Assembly (NCBI GenBank): GCA_037379345.1
Contig: CM074523.1
Span: 18,048,551-18,112,550, forward strand
Source: Perna viridis
Taxonomy: Eukaryota
DNA: 64,000 bases
Direction of reading: 5' to 3'
The position numbers and the translations under genes were made by a program. This document shows positions 38,172-51,023 of the stretch, piece after piece (positions within the stretch are counted from its first letter, which is position 1; each line of letters starts with the position of its first letter). Below the pieces are notes generated by a model that was not told the origin of the DNA, ran no database searches, and saw only the letters and a program-made list of their open reading frames with translations.

Positions 38172-38671
38172 CTAAAATTGCACAAAAGGACATTTCTGTG
38201 TTACTCACAAATTCAATCATCTTGGCATGTGTATAAACCAAGATATATTCTATTTCCAGCTTACGCTGTGGTACAAAAATATAAGTAATAATTGTTAACG
38301 ACAACATCGCGTTACGTTATATTGTCTGTAATGTAATTTGTATGCCGAACAATTTTGATGCTGAATAGTTTTGACAGATATTATCTCATGGCACACTTCA
38401 AACTAGCAGCACGTCCTCTCAAGAATTGCCAATATTTTGCACTTATTGTAGAACTGGTGTGACCATCTCCAAAGTAGACTCCATGCAATTTTCATATTGT
38501 TATTTTTTTTCATGTAAGGTTATACATTAAGTGTATTCTATAAAACTTGAAAACTTCTGATCAACACTTTTTTGTTATTTTTTTGTTTCGTGGTTGATTA
38601 TTTAGCTGTGATAGTGGATATAGAAGAGATTATGAAAACCACACACTTTTAAAGATCTTAATGGAACTTAC

Positions 38672-38752
38672 ATGGAACTACATCTTCAAAATGATCAATC
38701 GTAGAAACAACCAGCCTTCTTTTCAACTCATTCCTTCCAACTTTAGGGGCAC
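38672..38752 (-). CDS. MPP7: MPP7-like exon 12 (GK start)
   Basis: (G)APKVGRNELKRRL..VVP; cacag acceptor, gtaagt donor; phase 1/1. Confidence 0.9.
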
Positions 38753-38755
38753 CTG

Positions 38756-39275
38756 TGACGAGTAATCAAGGGAACCAAGGTTATAGCGGTAATCAGAATG
38801 AATGTAATCCAGGGACAAAGACCAGACATGGAAAACAGACATACACAACAAAGAACATAAAGTAACTAAAAGAGTATTCAAGGGAACAAAGGTTATAGCG
38901 GAAATCAAAAGAATGTAATCCAGGGACAAAGACCAGACATGGAAAACAGACATACACAACAAAGAACATAAAGTAACTAAAATCATACAAACAAAGTAAA
39001 AAAGTAAATGAGCAACTCGGACTCCACTAAAAACTGGGAGCATGGACCAGGTGCACCGGTAGGGTAAGCGTCCTCTGCTTTTCTAGAAACACAGGCCGAG
39101 TTGCTCATAAAAAGTCAAGTCCGGGGTAGACAAACAAGGGAAGGAAAACTATGACCCGTTGAATAAATCAGTTTTCATGGTGCTGATGGATACACCATAA
39201 CGATCCATCCAAGGAAACACCCGCCGAGTTGCTCATAAAAAAAGTCAAGTCCGGGGTAGACAAACGAGGAAAGGA
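38756..39275 (-). mobile_element. Well-preserved Penelope-like 3' end with internal duplications, abutting the MPP7 exon-12 acceptor
   Basis: RYGVSISTMKTDLFNGS* RT terminus plus full 3' UTR; ~110-bp tail duplicated; partial second copy at 39215-39275. Confidence 0.85.
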
Positions 39276-39584
39276 AATGCATGTCACAATATAGCACAAG
39301 CTGTAAGAACATCTGTTTTTTTTTTCTTAATTTGACACCATGAGGAAAAAGCTTTATCGCCTTGATAACATTGTTGACAATATCAATCAATTTCCAAATG
39401 AGCATGCACACCCTCAAATTTTATAATTATAACATTAGCTCTTAAATCATACATGTTTCAATGATAATTAAACACGGAGAACAAAATCTATTATTCGACC
39501 ACTCTGATAACTCACTTGGCACTAGACTTCGTTGTTCTATTTTGTATTGTAGGGTATGTGAATAATACTTTTGTTCTTTAATTA

Positions 39585-39932
39585 CCCTTCTGTGTAAGAA
39601 TCAGCCAATGGATAGCACAAAATTATTCTCAATTTTGTCTTTTTGCCTTAAGATATTCATGCATCTAGGAACAACCAAAAAGCTATTGAAATTCATCCTG
39701 AAACATCTGTGACATAGAGATATAGAACAAAAGTGTGGAAAATTTTCACACCATTTTGTCATAATGCATTTCAACTAAATTTGGCCTATCCATATCTTAA
39801 AAAGGCGAACTTTACAAACACTTCGATAATTATTTCTGGAGATACTTGGATTGTACAATAAAATCTCTACGTTTTATTCTTCATGTCCACACCTTGCACA
39901 CATTTTGCCTGATTCTTAGAAAAAAGAAGTAC
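39585..39932. mobile_element. GTAC-type MITE, degenerate copy
   Basis: Inverted homologue of 54578-54972. Confidence 0.55.
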
Positions 39933-40163
39933 TCAAAGCATTTGCCAGCTACTGAAACTTGGCTAACATCAGAATTTGAATTCTCAAAAGATATAATGTC
40001 TTTCCATTTTCTCTTGAATCAAGAAGCCCTTAATTTGAAAGTTTTGTGGAAAATAGAATTAAAACACCATTTTCAATATGAATAACATACACATCTGGAA
40101 TGAACTTCAATGATTGAAATAAAGTTTCCTATCAGGACATTTCATCATACAATTAAGGGTTAC

Positions 40164-40337
40164 CTATTAAAACTAGCGGCCGTTTAAACTTTGCATCAGG
40201 TGACAACAACTCTACCTCTTCATAAGTTGGTATATCTTTGAGGTCAAAGTCTGAGTTTAGGACAGCATGATACATCATCTTCCTTACTCTCTTTGACCGC
40301 ACGCTTTTTGGACTTATCCTGCACGGGCTTATCGATC
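40164..40337 (-). CDS. MPP7: MPP7-like exon 11 (HOOK to GK)
   Basis: ..RKMMYHAVLNSDFDLKDIPTYEEV..KRPLVLI-G; phase 1/1. Confidence 0.88.
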
Positions 40338-40914
40338 CTGCAATAAAATAACATACGTCATTGCTTTTACCTCATAATTTGCACAACAAAGGGATGTAAA
40401 TACCCTACAATGTTCGGTTTACAGGGCATTACATGCAACATGGTTTACTGGACATTACATTTAACACTTTTGTTTAAATCAATTAACAAAATCGTTTTTT
40501 GTTTTGTTGTTTTTTTTTTGTTTTTTTTTTACGCAGTCGGTATAGTTTTGTGGTTTACCCTTTGACCTTAAAAATGCTCTTCCATGGAAACGCATGTCAC
40601 CTGATCAAAGTTCTGTTTCCCCGATTGGCCAAATGCTGATAACGTAGTCGCGTTCGATAAAAAACTGGAATTTGAAATTGCGTGCCGTGTGTTATTACCT
40701 GATGAAATGTAGAAAATGATAAGTGAAATGAACAAATTTTACTGCGTCGGCCATCTTTTTTAAAAGATAATACTTTTTTTTTTTAATTTTTTCTTTTTTT
40801 TTTTAATTTTTTAATTTTTTTGGGGGGGTCAAAATGTTATGTTTTGTTATAGCATAGAAATGAGCCTTCCATTCACAGAATTGGAACCAAAAAGTTGGAA
40901 AAATATGTACCTAC

Positions 40915-40973
40915 GTGCTCTGCTCCGACTTGTTTCTTCCTCTGTCACCTCAGCACTCCGTATAACCTCTCGT
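40915..40973 (-). CDS. MPP7: MPP7-like exon 10 (HOOK)
   Basis: (R)REVIRSAEVTEEETSRSRA; donor gtaggt (alternative gtacat 4 nt further). Confidence 0.72.
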
Positions 40974-41123
40974 CTGAAATGCAAATAAATAACAGAAAAA
41001 ATATAGAAATTATTCAGTATAATTATCAAATCATTACCAGTTGAAAACGTTTCTTAAAAGTATAATTGATACAGAGAAACATGTCGAAAGAGAAGCCTTT
41101 TTGAACTGCCAAATTGGTTCGGT

Positions 41124-41336
41124 TTAAGGAGGAAGACCTACGGTAAGGGACACAAATTTTACAAATCATTGGAACGTTTGTATTCAGTATTTTACACAAA
41201 TCTCACGTAAACATCAAAGCAACTGATTTCATTCTGTTTCAAACGAAAGCTTGATAGGCTTTGGTGAACTTGAATATGGTACAAACATATCACTGATTTT
41301 AAGAGTTATGTCCTTACTCTACGTCTACCTCCTAAA
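41124..41336. mobile_element. GGAGGTAGACC MITE copy
   Basis: Homologous to 31723-31942. Confidence 0.75.
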
Positions 41337-41465
41337 GACAGGTGTTCGACTTATCAAAGTTCAAAATTTATTAAAACTGACATATAGGGACTTTCGAGTT
41401 ATTCAGTGTTTCCCGTTTTTTTTTTCTTTGTAGAAAAGCACGAGCAATTGTTCATTTCTATTAAC

Positions 41466-41656
41466 CTTTCCTGCAACAATCTTGCTGGAATCAAACCAGC
41501 TCTGGTTTCCCCAGCTCTTTTCGCTTGCCACCACAGAGGATCTTCCTGAGAGACGATGTACAGAATATCCCCTTTATTGAAAGCAAGTCCGGCATGAGGA
41601 CATGGTATCATAGGATCATCAAACGGGTTGTAGTCAAATAAGGCTCGAACTTTAGT
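41466..41656 (-). CDS. MPP7: MPP7-like exon 9 (SH3)
   Basis: VRALFDYNPFDDPMIPC..GLAFNKGDIL..QEDPLWWQA..AGLIP. Confidence 0.95.
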
Positions 41657-42018
41657 CTGTAAAGATGAGGTTTAAAGAACTGGTGTTTATAAATATATAT
41701 AAAATAGCAAGTGCATAAAACACATAATTAAACGTTTCTCCCCTAATTGTGTTAATTTCTCTTCTACTACACGTACGACACCATACAGAAACATGAACCT
41801 ATTTTTCATCAATATTCTATCGAGGTAGTTGGTGTGCGTATCGGATTACTCTTACACCCTCAATGAAGGTAAAATCCTTTCATGGTGGGTGTCAAAACAA
41901 GCAAGACCAACACATTTATACCATAAACATTCTGAAAACTGAATTAGTACTAGGAAATAGAGCGTCGTCTTACCGAAAGTTGAAAATATATATTGACTGC
42001 ATTGTTTTGAAGACTTAC

Positions 42019-42093
42019 ACTACTAATTCTTTGGTCTTTAAAAACGCAGGTCTTTGTTCCTAGCTTTAAAGATACTGGACCCTGTAGTTCGGA
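42019..42093 (-). CDS. MPP7: MPP7-like exon 8 (PDZ end and linker)
   Basis: tgtag|SELQGPVSLKL..QRISS|gtaagt; phase 0/0. Confidence 0.78.
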
Positions 42094-42506
42094 CTACAAA
42101 CATATAAACAGTAATGAACTTGATGTAAATATGTGTGAAATTAAATGAAATATAAAATGACACTTGTGCTTATGCTGGAATCTTTCGAAAGAGTAACCGA
42201 AATTTAAAACATATCAGTCAAATGCATCATAGTTTGATCTTCCGGAGAACTTTAATAGTATTGTTTGTTTTCAAATCAAGAAAACATTTATGTTGGCAAG
42301 GAATTGTCTGCAATTCACAATCGACATACTTATAGTTAGAATAGTTGGAATGTATCTCCGATGTCTAGCGGTCATACTTTTTTTATTATTTCACCAGTGA
42401 GTCAGAAGTAATTTTCTATCTGCTAAATCATCATCTTTAATTTGCTAATGCTCGTAAAATAATTGATATTAAGAAAATTGGAATATTTGGAGATAGAACA
42501 ACATAC

Positions 42507-42592
42507 AAGGACTTGGGTCATATCTTTAGGATCTTTTCCCTGGAACTGTATGCCATTGATTTCCTTTATTTCATCGCCAACATTGATAAGGC
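42507..42592 (-). CDS. MPP7: MPP7-like exon 7 (PDZ)
   Basis: (G)LINVGDEIKEINGI..QVL; phase 1/0. Confidence 0.92.
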
Positions 42593-42981
42593 CTGTCAAT
42601 GTCAAAAGATCTATTTTACTATATGTGTCGTGGTTACTATTTTTTTTTCAAAATGTTTATGCGTATATGATTCATGTCTTCGATTATGGCGCTTTAAATT
42701 TGTTTTTTAATTTTTTGTTTTTTGATTTTTGATTTTTGATTTAGTGTCTTTTCATAAAAAATGTATCTCATTCTTTTAAACGATATTTAAATACTAGTAG
42801 TATTAAACATTTAGTAATTGTTTAGATCGTGTTATTAGCATGTATTATATGTATATATTTGTGAGTTTTTCAATAGCATTGCATAACCCAAATTAGATAC
42901 AAATCATTAAACATTTGGGTGCAATAATTGGATATTTAATGATTTTTCAATAGCACTAGCTACATGAGTATAACAAGTTAC

Positions 42982-43063
42982 CACTTCTGTGAGCAGCACC
43001 ACCGTGTAATATCCTGGCTATCTCTATACCACCGGTTATGTCGTTTAGTTGAAGTGTTATTCC
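42982..43063 (-). CDS. MPP7: MPP7-like exon 6 (PDZ)
   Basis: GITLQ..IARILHGGAAHRS-G; phase 0/1. Confidence 0.92.
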
Positions 43064-43427
43064 CTGAAACAAAATTGTCCCCAAAGAAATAAAGAACAAT
43101 GAATCGTATATTATTTACAAGATTGGGAACCCTTAAAACAAAGAAGTTTTATTCAAATTACCAAATATAGCAAAACATGCTGCACTTTTGACGCTATCTC
43201 ACAGGATTTGGCTTCTTATTTTTGATTTTGGGTACTTCCTATATATATAAAACTTTTTTTATTCTTTAATTTCCTAAATATTTTGTTCTGATGCTGCTGA
43301 AGTTACTCATTGAAACACGAGCACAGTATACAGAAATAATCAATTTTATAAAATTGACATTTTTGTATTTAGAATTGTCGTATGCCACAGATTTTGGAAC
43401 CATAACAAATTGTAAATATAAGATTCC

Positions 43428-43622
43428 TTAAGGAGGTAGGCCTAGGGTAAGGGACAACACTTAAAATCAGTTATATGTTTATATCATATTCAATTTCACC
43501 AAAGCCTGTCAAGCTTTCATTTGAAGCATAATGAAATCAATCCAAGTTATTTTGATGCATACATGAAATTGATGTAAAATACTGAAGACAAACATTCCAA
43601 TGATCTTAGATCTACCTCTTTA
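43428..43622. mobile_element. GGAGGTAGACC MITE copy
   Basis: Homologous to 31723-31942; small deletion at the right end. Confidence 0.7.
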
Positions 43623-43651
43623 TCATTGTACAATTACAATTAGTCAAACCA

Positions 43652-43862
43652 TGAAAGAGTAATCAAGAGAACCAAGATTCTAACGGAAATCAAAAGAATG
43701 TAATCCAGGGACAAAGACCAGACATTGAAAACAGGCAAATACAACAAAAACATACAATAAATAAAAAAAATTACATACAAAGTAACCAAAGTAAATGAAC
43801 AACTCGCCCTCTACTAAAAACTGGAAGAATGGACCAGGTGCAACGGTAGAGTAAGCGTCCCT
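43652..43862 (-). mobile_element. Penelope-like 3' tail fragment
   Basis: Homologous to the tail at 38756-39070. Confidence 0.75.
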
Positions 43863-44670
43863 TTAAAATCAAACTGGTTTCCAACGAAGAGAACAAATGG
43901 TGTTTTTTCCATTTAGTTGTTCACATTCAATTTTAGCGCAACATATACATTTTAAAGATGCAAAATTACGTATTCGTGTATAGGAATTGTCCCATAATTC
44001 TTAAACGAGATAATTTTTGTTTTACTTAGTCGATATCTTTCCTCCCCTAAAAGTATTAATGTATATATGTTTTCATTATTTTTAGTTCTTTTTTACACAA
44101 AGTATTGAATCAAACCACTACCGGTGCTATTATCCCATGCTTCCAGTGTTCAGTGGAGCCCTGTTTGCTCATTATCTTTTGTTTCTTAGTACGCGTTATT
44201 TTAGTGTTTCCTTTATCTTTGCTGGTACGTGCTCCCGGTGTTCACTGGAGCCCTGTTTGCGCATTCACTTTTGTTTATTAGTACGTGTTCTTTTAGTTAT
44301 TTCCTGATCTTTGCAGATCCATGCTTCTAGTGTTCGATTGAGTTCGGGTTGCTCATTAACATTTGTGTCTTTGTACGTGTTATTTTGGTTTTGTCATTAT
44401 CTTTCTTGTGTGTGGGTCCGTTTTTTCTGTATTGAATTTATCCTTTGAATCTATTATTTATATTTCTTCTCGAATTGTGTTTCCTTTGATCACTCCGTAA
44501 TGTCTTAAGTGTTGCTCAAGTCATATTTGAGAAATAAATCATGAAATACGTCAGGACTTCTACCTTTTAGATAAGTTTTAAATTGAATTTAAGCATTTGT
44601 CACCATTTATTAATTTTCAAAGGTTATCACTTTAGATGCATCAAATATCTCAATTCACATTTATACTTAC

Positions 44671-44805
44671 CAGTGGTTCATTGCTTTTGACTAGCTGAAC
44701 TAGTTTGATTGTTTCTTCTTCTTCTCTGTCAGGAGTACTAACCAGACTGGAGATATCAGGTTCGTACTCTTTCAGAGCAATATTGTCGTGGCAATATAAT
44801 AAAGC
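44671..44805 (-). CDS. MPP7: MPP7-like exon 5 (end of second L27, PDZ start)
   Basis: ALLYCHDNIALKEYEP..IKLVQLVKSNEPL; phase 0/0. Confidence 0.92.
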
Positions 44806-45369
44806 CTAATTGTAAAGTGAAGGCATCAATTTATAATGATTTTTAACAAGCTATTAAAACAATTTAAACATTCGTCCTATGTTTTTACTTCAGAAATATA
44901 CTAACAGCAAAACCAATTGAATTAATATCTGGAAAACAGTTTCTGAGAGTTTAACATTTCGTAGTTAATTGATTAATTGATTGAAATTAAACATTAACAA
45001 TATATTGGGAGTTTAAAGGAAACGAAACTAACACTACTAGATGCTGATAAGCTATTGCTGGAAAATGCAAGACCGTTTTTTCAACCTCTTCCATTGTATA
45101 TTAGTACATATATAGTATATGTCGACTGGGTGGATCATTTTGAATTGTAGTTATTTGTCATTTTATTTGACCTTGCACCAGAAAAAAATGCAATGTACTT
45201 ATGTCTGAGCCTATTGTCAACTTTCACGGTAACTCTAATTAAATTTGTCTAACATAGTTAAACATATTCTCAGACGTATGGGGCAACTAGGCCAGGGATT
45301 TAACCAGATATTTCTTCAGTTATGTCTAACATGGTGTGTTGTAGAAATTCCAAACTCTCACGGTGTCTC

Positions 45370-45559
45370 CATTTGCACCATAAAAACTGATTTATTCAAC
45401 ATGTCATAGTTTTCCTATTATCTTACGGCTACCCAGAACTTCACTTCGTATGTGCAATCCCTCGGGTGTTTCTAGAAAAGCTGAGGACGCTGACACTGGT
45501 GCACATTTCACATTCTTCTGAATTCCGCCAGAAACTTGGTTCCTTTGATTACTCTTTCA
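45370..45559 (+). mobile_element. Degenerate, internally deleted Penelope-like 3' fragment
   Basis: AAAACTGATTTATTCAAC..GGGTGTTTCTAGAAAAG..GATTACTCTTTCA. Confidence 0.65.
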
Positions 45560-45658
45560 TTGTAAGAGTACATGTATACACATTAAATTCTCAGGGGATG
45601 GTTTTTGTGTTTATTTATTGTCTTGCATTATATTAGAATTGGTTTCCTGGTAATATAC

Positions 45659-45739
45659 CTGCATATGAGGTTTTGAAAGAAGCGCTAGCAATTCTTCTGC
45701 CAACACCATCTCTTTGTAATGTCGAAGAACACAATATGT
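45659..45739 (-). CDS. MPP7: MPP7-like exon 4 (L27)
   Basis: ..AEELLALLSKPHMQ, the L27 ELxxLLxxPH motif; phase 0/0. Confidence 0.88.
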
Positions 45740-46278
45740 CTGAAAATTTACATTTGTATAAGTTAAAAGTTATACTCTGATATGAATTTCTATATGAGTG
45801 AATAATGAATAGTAAACATAACCAGATATTTTACAATAATTTATTAGGAGTATTGTTATATTCCAACATCGGTAGAATTTTGTAACAATTATTTAACTTG
45901 CATTAGATCACACAGAGCGACCGTTATTTTTGCACATATCGTAGCCTTTTTTATCTCTAAGACTTCGAAGTGTTGCTAAAACATATCATTTTGCGACGAA
46001 TCTAGGGGTGCAGTGGGGATCTTCCTTTCCTGTTTTGACAAAAATTAGCCAATAATAGCCTCGAGTCTCTATTGTTTCTGTAACCCCATTTTTAAAATTT
46101 CTGAATCTGTCACTAACATACGAAAATCACTGACAAATATTGACCACTCGTTTATAACTACAAAATGTTAACGACCTTTTAAAAAAGTCTTTGATACGTT
46201 AAACACGCATTCATATATGACATTTAAGCAGTCACACAGACTATATAAATTTTGTTCTTATATTTGCGTGGTACTTAC

Positions 46279-46356
46279 ATTAGCAGCAAGAGCTACACTG
46301 GCCTTAGTTATAGGCTTCAACCTCTGTGCAGTTACTGTACAAAGTCTTCGGTATAA
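46279..46356 (-). CDS. MPP7: MPP7-like exon 3
   Basis: ttcag|LYRRL..KPITKASVALAAN|gtaagt; phase 0/0. Confidence 0.8.
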
Positions 46357-46766
46357 CTGAAAAAAAAAAACATATTAACATTCATAATATTTATATCATT
46401 TAGAAAGTCCCCTGTGCAACTCTAAACAACATTGATAATTATGCAAGGCCTCTGCAGAATAACTTCACAAGGTCAATAATTGTTTGACAATATTTTTAAA
46501 AGTATCTTGCATTGTCTCCAGAATGAATGATTAAAAGATAGATAGACAATTCGTACATCTAAACATGTGACCATACAAAATCTCTGGGTTTACTTAAAAC
46601 AAAGGTTAAACCTCTGGGGGGTACATTGTTTTTTTTCTTTAACACGAAGAACGCTAGTAAACTAAATACAAAAGATATAAAATAGCAACTAGTTCATGTT
46701 AATTCTGGTCAAATTGCAATGTTCTTTTGGTCGCTCCCATTGAGTTCAGTTGCGCCTCGGCTAATG

Positions 46767-46797
<31 letters not shown>

Positions 46798-48454
46798 GAT
46801 CAACCGGTTCACATATTGCCATAACACCCTCAGTATCATAAAATTTGTGCTTAATATTGCGCGTTCAATGAAAAATCCAATAATTGTAACTTTTAAGGTG
46901 AAGTTATTATAACATGTCAATTAACAGTTATTCTCTTATATGAGTTTCAAGCTTATACCATACAACAGAACAATACCTATCTTGAATTTCACTAATACCA
47001 TATGAAATGTGAGAAACATGATTGTAAGACTGATGGCAGCTAAATCGATAACTAAAGTTTGTTGAGGCCTTCAAAAACGCACGTCCCCCATTCCAAAGTT
47101 CAAAAGATCATAACTTACTTAATCATAAGTTAGTGGTAATAATCATATCAAGTTCTAGATAACTACATAGTTTCATTTACGTTGATACAGCAGTTTCCGA
47201 AAGTGTTGGGGGTGCTTACAAAACTGTGATGGACAGATATAGAGACGAGACAGACAGACTGTCAGTGAATAAAACTAAGAATGCGTTCTCCGTAAATATA
47301 TGTGTGTGGGTGAGGGGGGGTGAGGGGCACTATAACGGCTGTATCAAATACAACATCTTCAAAAAGGCCGACAAAATGCCCGTCTAGACGTATTGTTCTT
47401 TCAACGTAATTTATTGTATTTGTCTGAATACAAAACCATTGCTATCGTGTCGCTAAAGTTGTCCCTCGACAATAACGATAAATCTTGTATTTTGACGCTA
47501 ATGAATATTGGAAGAAAATTAGGCAATAAAATCTGTCTGTTCATTACTTTCATTGATAGTGGACGATTGTGACAAATCATAAAGATTCGTAATATATACT
47601 CCACTGGGTTCAGTTACGATTTTTTCAATGACACAGTTTCAAACGACATTCTTTACGAGAAATATTGAAATAAAAATTTTTGTATTATTATTTTTTTTAT
47701 TTTTTTTATTTTTTTTTTTGGGGGGGGGGATTGCAACTGAATCCTAAACTTTGTTAAACAAAACAAAGAGTACTATGACCGCTTACCAAGTTCCTAATGA
47801 TTTAAGTCTTATATGGGTACTTCCATAAAAAAAAGAGACGACTCAACCAAACTGCAGGTAGAGATACTAGCATTATCCTGTCAAATAATCTCTGACAACT
47901 TAAAAAAAAACGGTCTTTTAAAAGATGAAATAAACCTGTTACGGACAAGACGGACAACGACCATGCCTAAGTTTAAACATCACCGCGTTCTTATTAGAGT
48001 CAAAACTTTACAATTAAAATATTATTGTTGAATATTGTTATAACGAGTTAACTTATTTTAATGGCTTAGCACAGATGTCAAGTAAATGCATTCGATTGAA
48101 ACGTCATGAAAATGTTTTTTTAACAACAGTAGATAGAAGATACTCTTTTAAAATCATACATACAAGTAACAAAAGCACATAAGCAACTCGACTCCACTAT
48201 AAAAATTGAAACGCCAACACAATTTGCATTCCATTTCATATACGTTTGTATTTAGGTAGAAAATTCTTTTTTACTTTGACCAATAAATGTCAATAGAATC
48301 TGATGCTGATGAGACGAACACAAATCAATGAAGTGGACGTTGTTTATCCTGGTAGTATTTTTAGGCATTGTTTATCCGCAGTAATTAGACATTGTAACGA
48401 AATCTTCAGTAATCATAGAGCAAGCTACAGTGTTAAAAATCAATACATACCCTA

Positions 48455-48648
48455 CTGGTGAACTCGTTCCATGCTCCCAGTTTTTTAGTGGAGTCCAAGT
48501 TGCTCTTTAGCTTTTGTTACTTTGTATGTACGATTTTAGTTACTCTATGTTCTTTGTTGTGTATGTCACTTTTCCATGTCTGGTCTTTGTCCGTGGATTT
48601 CATTCTTTTGATTACTTCTATATCCTTGGTTCCCTTGATTACTCTATC
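48455..48648 (+). mobile_element. Penelope-like 3' tail fragment
   Basis: CCATGCTCCCAGTTTTTTAGTGGAGTCC..GATTACTC. Confidence 0.75.
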
Positions 48649-49226
48649 ATAAACGTCATTGCTATATATACCGCGCTCTTTGAACTACAGAACGTTGCTC
48701 TTGTGAACACAGATACAATTGTGATATATTTTATCTAAGTAAAATAACACTTCAACGACGCAGTTAATTTTCAAAATTGTCATATTTGATCTGCAATGTT
48801 GAAATTTAGGTATAAAGCAAACGTTTTAAAATTCCCTTCTCACGAAAGAAAATTATAACGCTTGTAAAGTTTACTGCATTCTAAACCTTGAAAGATACAG
48901 CTAACTTGCAAAACCGGATCTGCAATGTTTAAGTATTTCTCCCTTTTTCGAAAGAACAGTATAACACATGAAAGGCTAAAGCACACGAGAATAGACCCTT
49001 TTGTGCTAACGGTGGGCTAGTCGATGAGCATGCTCCATAAACACTTCCGCGAGAAAAATTACTTTGTTCTACCCAAGCTCCACCTCGCCGAAGTGTATAT
49101 TGAGCATACTCACCAACTAACCACAAATTACTATTACTAGAAATTCTAGTTAGAGAAAACACTACAAGTTTATTGTTATAAAAATCATACTTTTTTTTAA
49201 AATCCTAGTTAACACAATGTTAGTGC

Positions 49227-49630
49227 GTAAGTAGCACTCCAGCTAAGAATCATGCAAAATGTGATTTATGGATAAAAAGTCTACTTATTTTTATTATTGA
49301 TATTTTGTTTAAATTGCCACAGTAAACAGAAATTAACATTCAGTTTGTCATTTAACCCGTGTTCTTAGGAAATACAAATTATATATAATGCACTGTAGAT
49401 TTCAAAATTAATGGAGCTAAATCTGTTAATGACACTCAAATACAATATAATCTATTGTATTTTCAATGTTGATTATCTCCTAAGAGCAGGAAGATTTGAA
49501 TGAATAATTACAGATTTCATAGTATAGACCCATAAACAACTTAATTACAAAAATAAAAATATGCAGCCTTTTTTGGGGATGTATCATATTTTTCAGATTT
49601 TGCATGATTCTTAGAAGGACAGCTACTTAA
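49227..49630. mobile_element. GTAG..CTAC MITE copy (inverted)
   Basis: Reverse-complement homologue of 20734-21146. Confidence 0.8.
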
Positions 49631-50701
49631 TTTGCAATACCGATTTCACTACTTTTCGAATTTTGAAATATTGTAGCTGCATAGAGCAATACAAAACACA
49701 TAAACATTTTAGTACAGCTTAATTTCACGAAAAACGGTTCAATAATATGCATCTTAAGGTTAGAAAAAACAAATCACAGATATACTGTCAATGCAAACAC
49801 CTACATGAAATAACATATTTGTTATTTTGTCATGTTCTTATTGTACCTAGAGCCACGGTGTAAATAGATTCTGTTTCCATTTCTGTTCCAATTATTTCAG
49901 GTCGCCAGTGATAATAATCGGTCTAAGCATCCTTATCCAAAAGAGTCGTAAAATTGTCTGGTAAAATGATAGAGAACTGATTTATCGTGCGTGTCTTAAA
50001 ATGGCACAGTATTTCAAAGTAAGAAACATCCAATAATATGGTTTATGGTGTTAAGAGAAAAGAAAACAGTAGCAATATAATCGAACAGTATAATTTATTA
50101 AAAACAATGTTGGAAACAACTAAAGTACAATTCCTAAAGAACAGGTAGCACAACAAGATATGAAAATACCATAACAAAAACGACACGAACAACGCATGAC
50201 ACGTTTAGGCTCACCTTCTTACTCAAACTAAACATTTACAACAGATTAATGGTGATTAATTAGAGCCACTACGGACCCAATCCTCCACACAAAAAAATGG
50301 CTCACAAAATCACTCAAATACATGATGTGAAATTACTGCATATGAAACGGTCAACCAGAACAGATATCTTGCCATTTTATGAACATAGCCTCATCGTTCT
50401 ACAATGTGAACTTTGAAATTTTATCAAAATCGAAATGATTTTACATCAGTAGAATAAAAACTATTTGTAAAAATGATTGCAATACAGCCAGGCTTGGTCC
50501 CTATTCCATCCTACCATTTTGGATCAACCCAAATTAATTCTTCAAAATAAATACAAGCAGTTAATTAATTATCTTAGCATTTCTTCCAGTATAAGCTAAG
50601 AATTATGTTACAGAAACGTAAAGCGGACGGACGAACTCACAAAGTGATTGAAGCATAGTCCCACTCTTATGAGTAAGAGTATAATGAAAGGGCAAACTAA
50701 C

Positions 50702-50820
50702 CTTCATCATAACCTGTAAATCTCGTCCTCGGAACAATGTCCTCAAAAAGACAGCATCCTGGTGACTCTTACAAAACTGAGTTTGAAGTTGTGGAAGATA
50801 TTGTATTATTTCTTGAGCAT
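50702..50820 (-). CDS. MPP7: MPP7-like exon 2 (first L27)
   Basis: (D)AQEIIQYLPQLQ..QDAVFLRTLFRGRDLQVMMK; phase 1/0. Confidence 0.8.
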
Positions 50821-51023
50821 CTATAAATAAATTATCAATTCAGACCTTATACTTGTATCTGAGAAGTTTTAAGTATCAGTCAATATGAAATTCAGACACT
50901 GTCTACATATCTACATGTCTACATATTTTATATTTTTAGTCATTTCTGTATTTTGATCTGCAGTTTTGGACAAAAAGATATATTCACATCTAACTAAAAT
51001 CAATGAGTCAAACCAAATAAAAA

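Noticed and set aside
38723-39043. Hydrophobic ORFs LCSLLCMSVFHVWSLSLDYILLI (also 32823, 48458, 58582) as a membrane-protein family
   Set aside because: They are chance translations of the T-rich retroelement 3' UTR, downstream of the RT stop.
39008-39115. SECIS element in the Naiad-type 3' UTR (AUGA at the stem base)
   Set aside because: AUGA is Watson-Crick paired with UCAU rather than forming the GA/GA quartet, there is no apical AA at the expected distance, and no in-frame UGA is seen in the RT fragment.
43180-43340. Possible degenerate hammerhead-bearing Penelope tail (CTGATG..CTGAAG..GAAAC)
   Set aside because: Core and stems are too degenerate to support.
46768-46798. Poly-T/poly-G junctions (also ~40815 and ~47700) and the G-rich tract at 52263-52333
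   Set aside because: Low-complexity runs with no supporting context.
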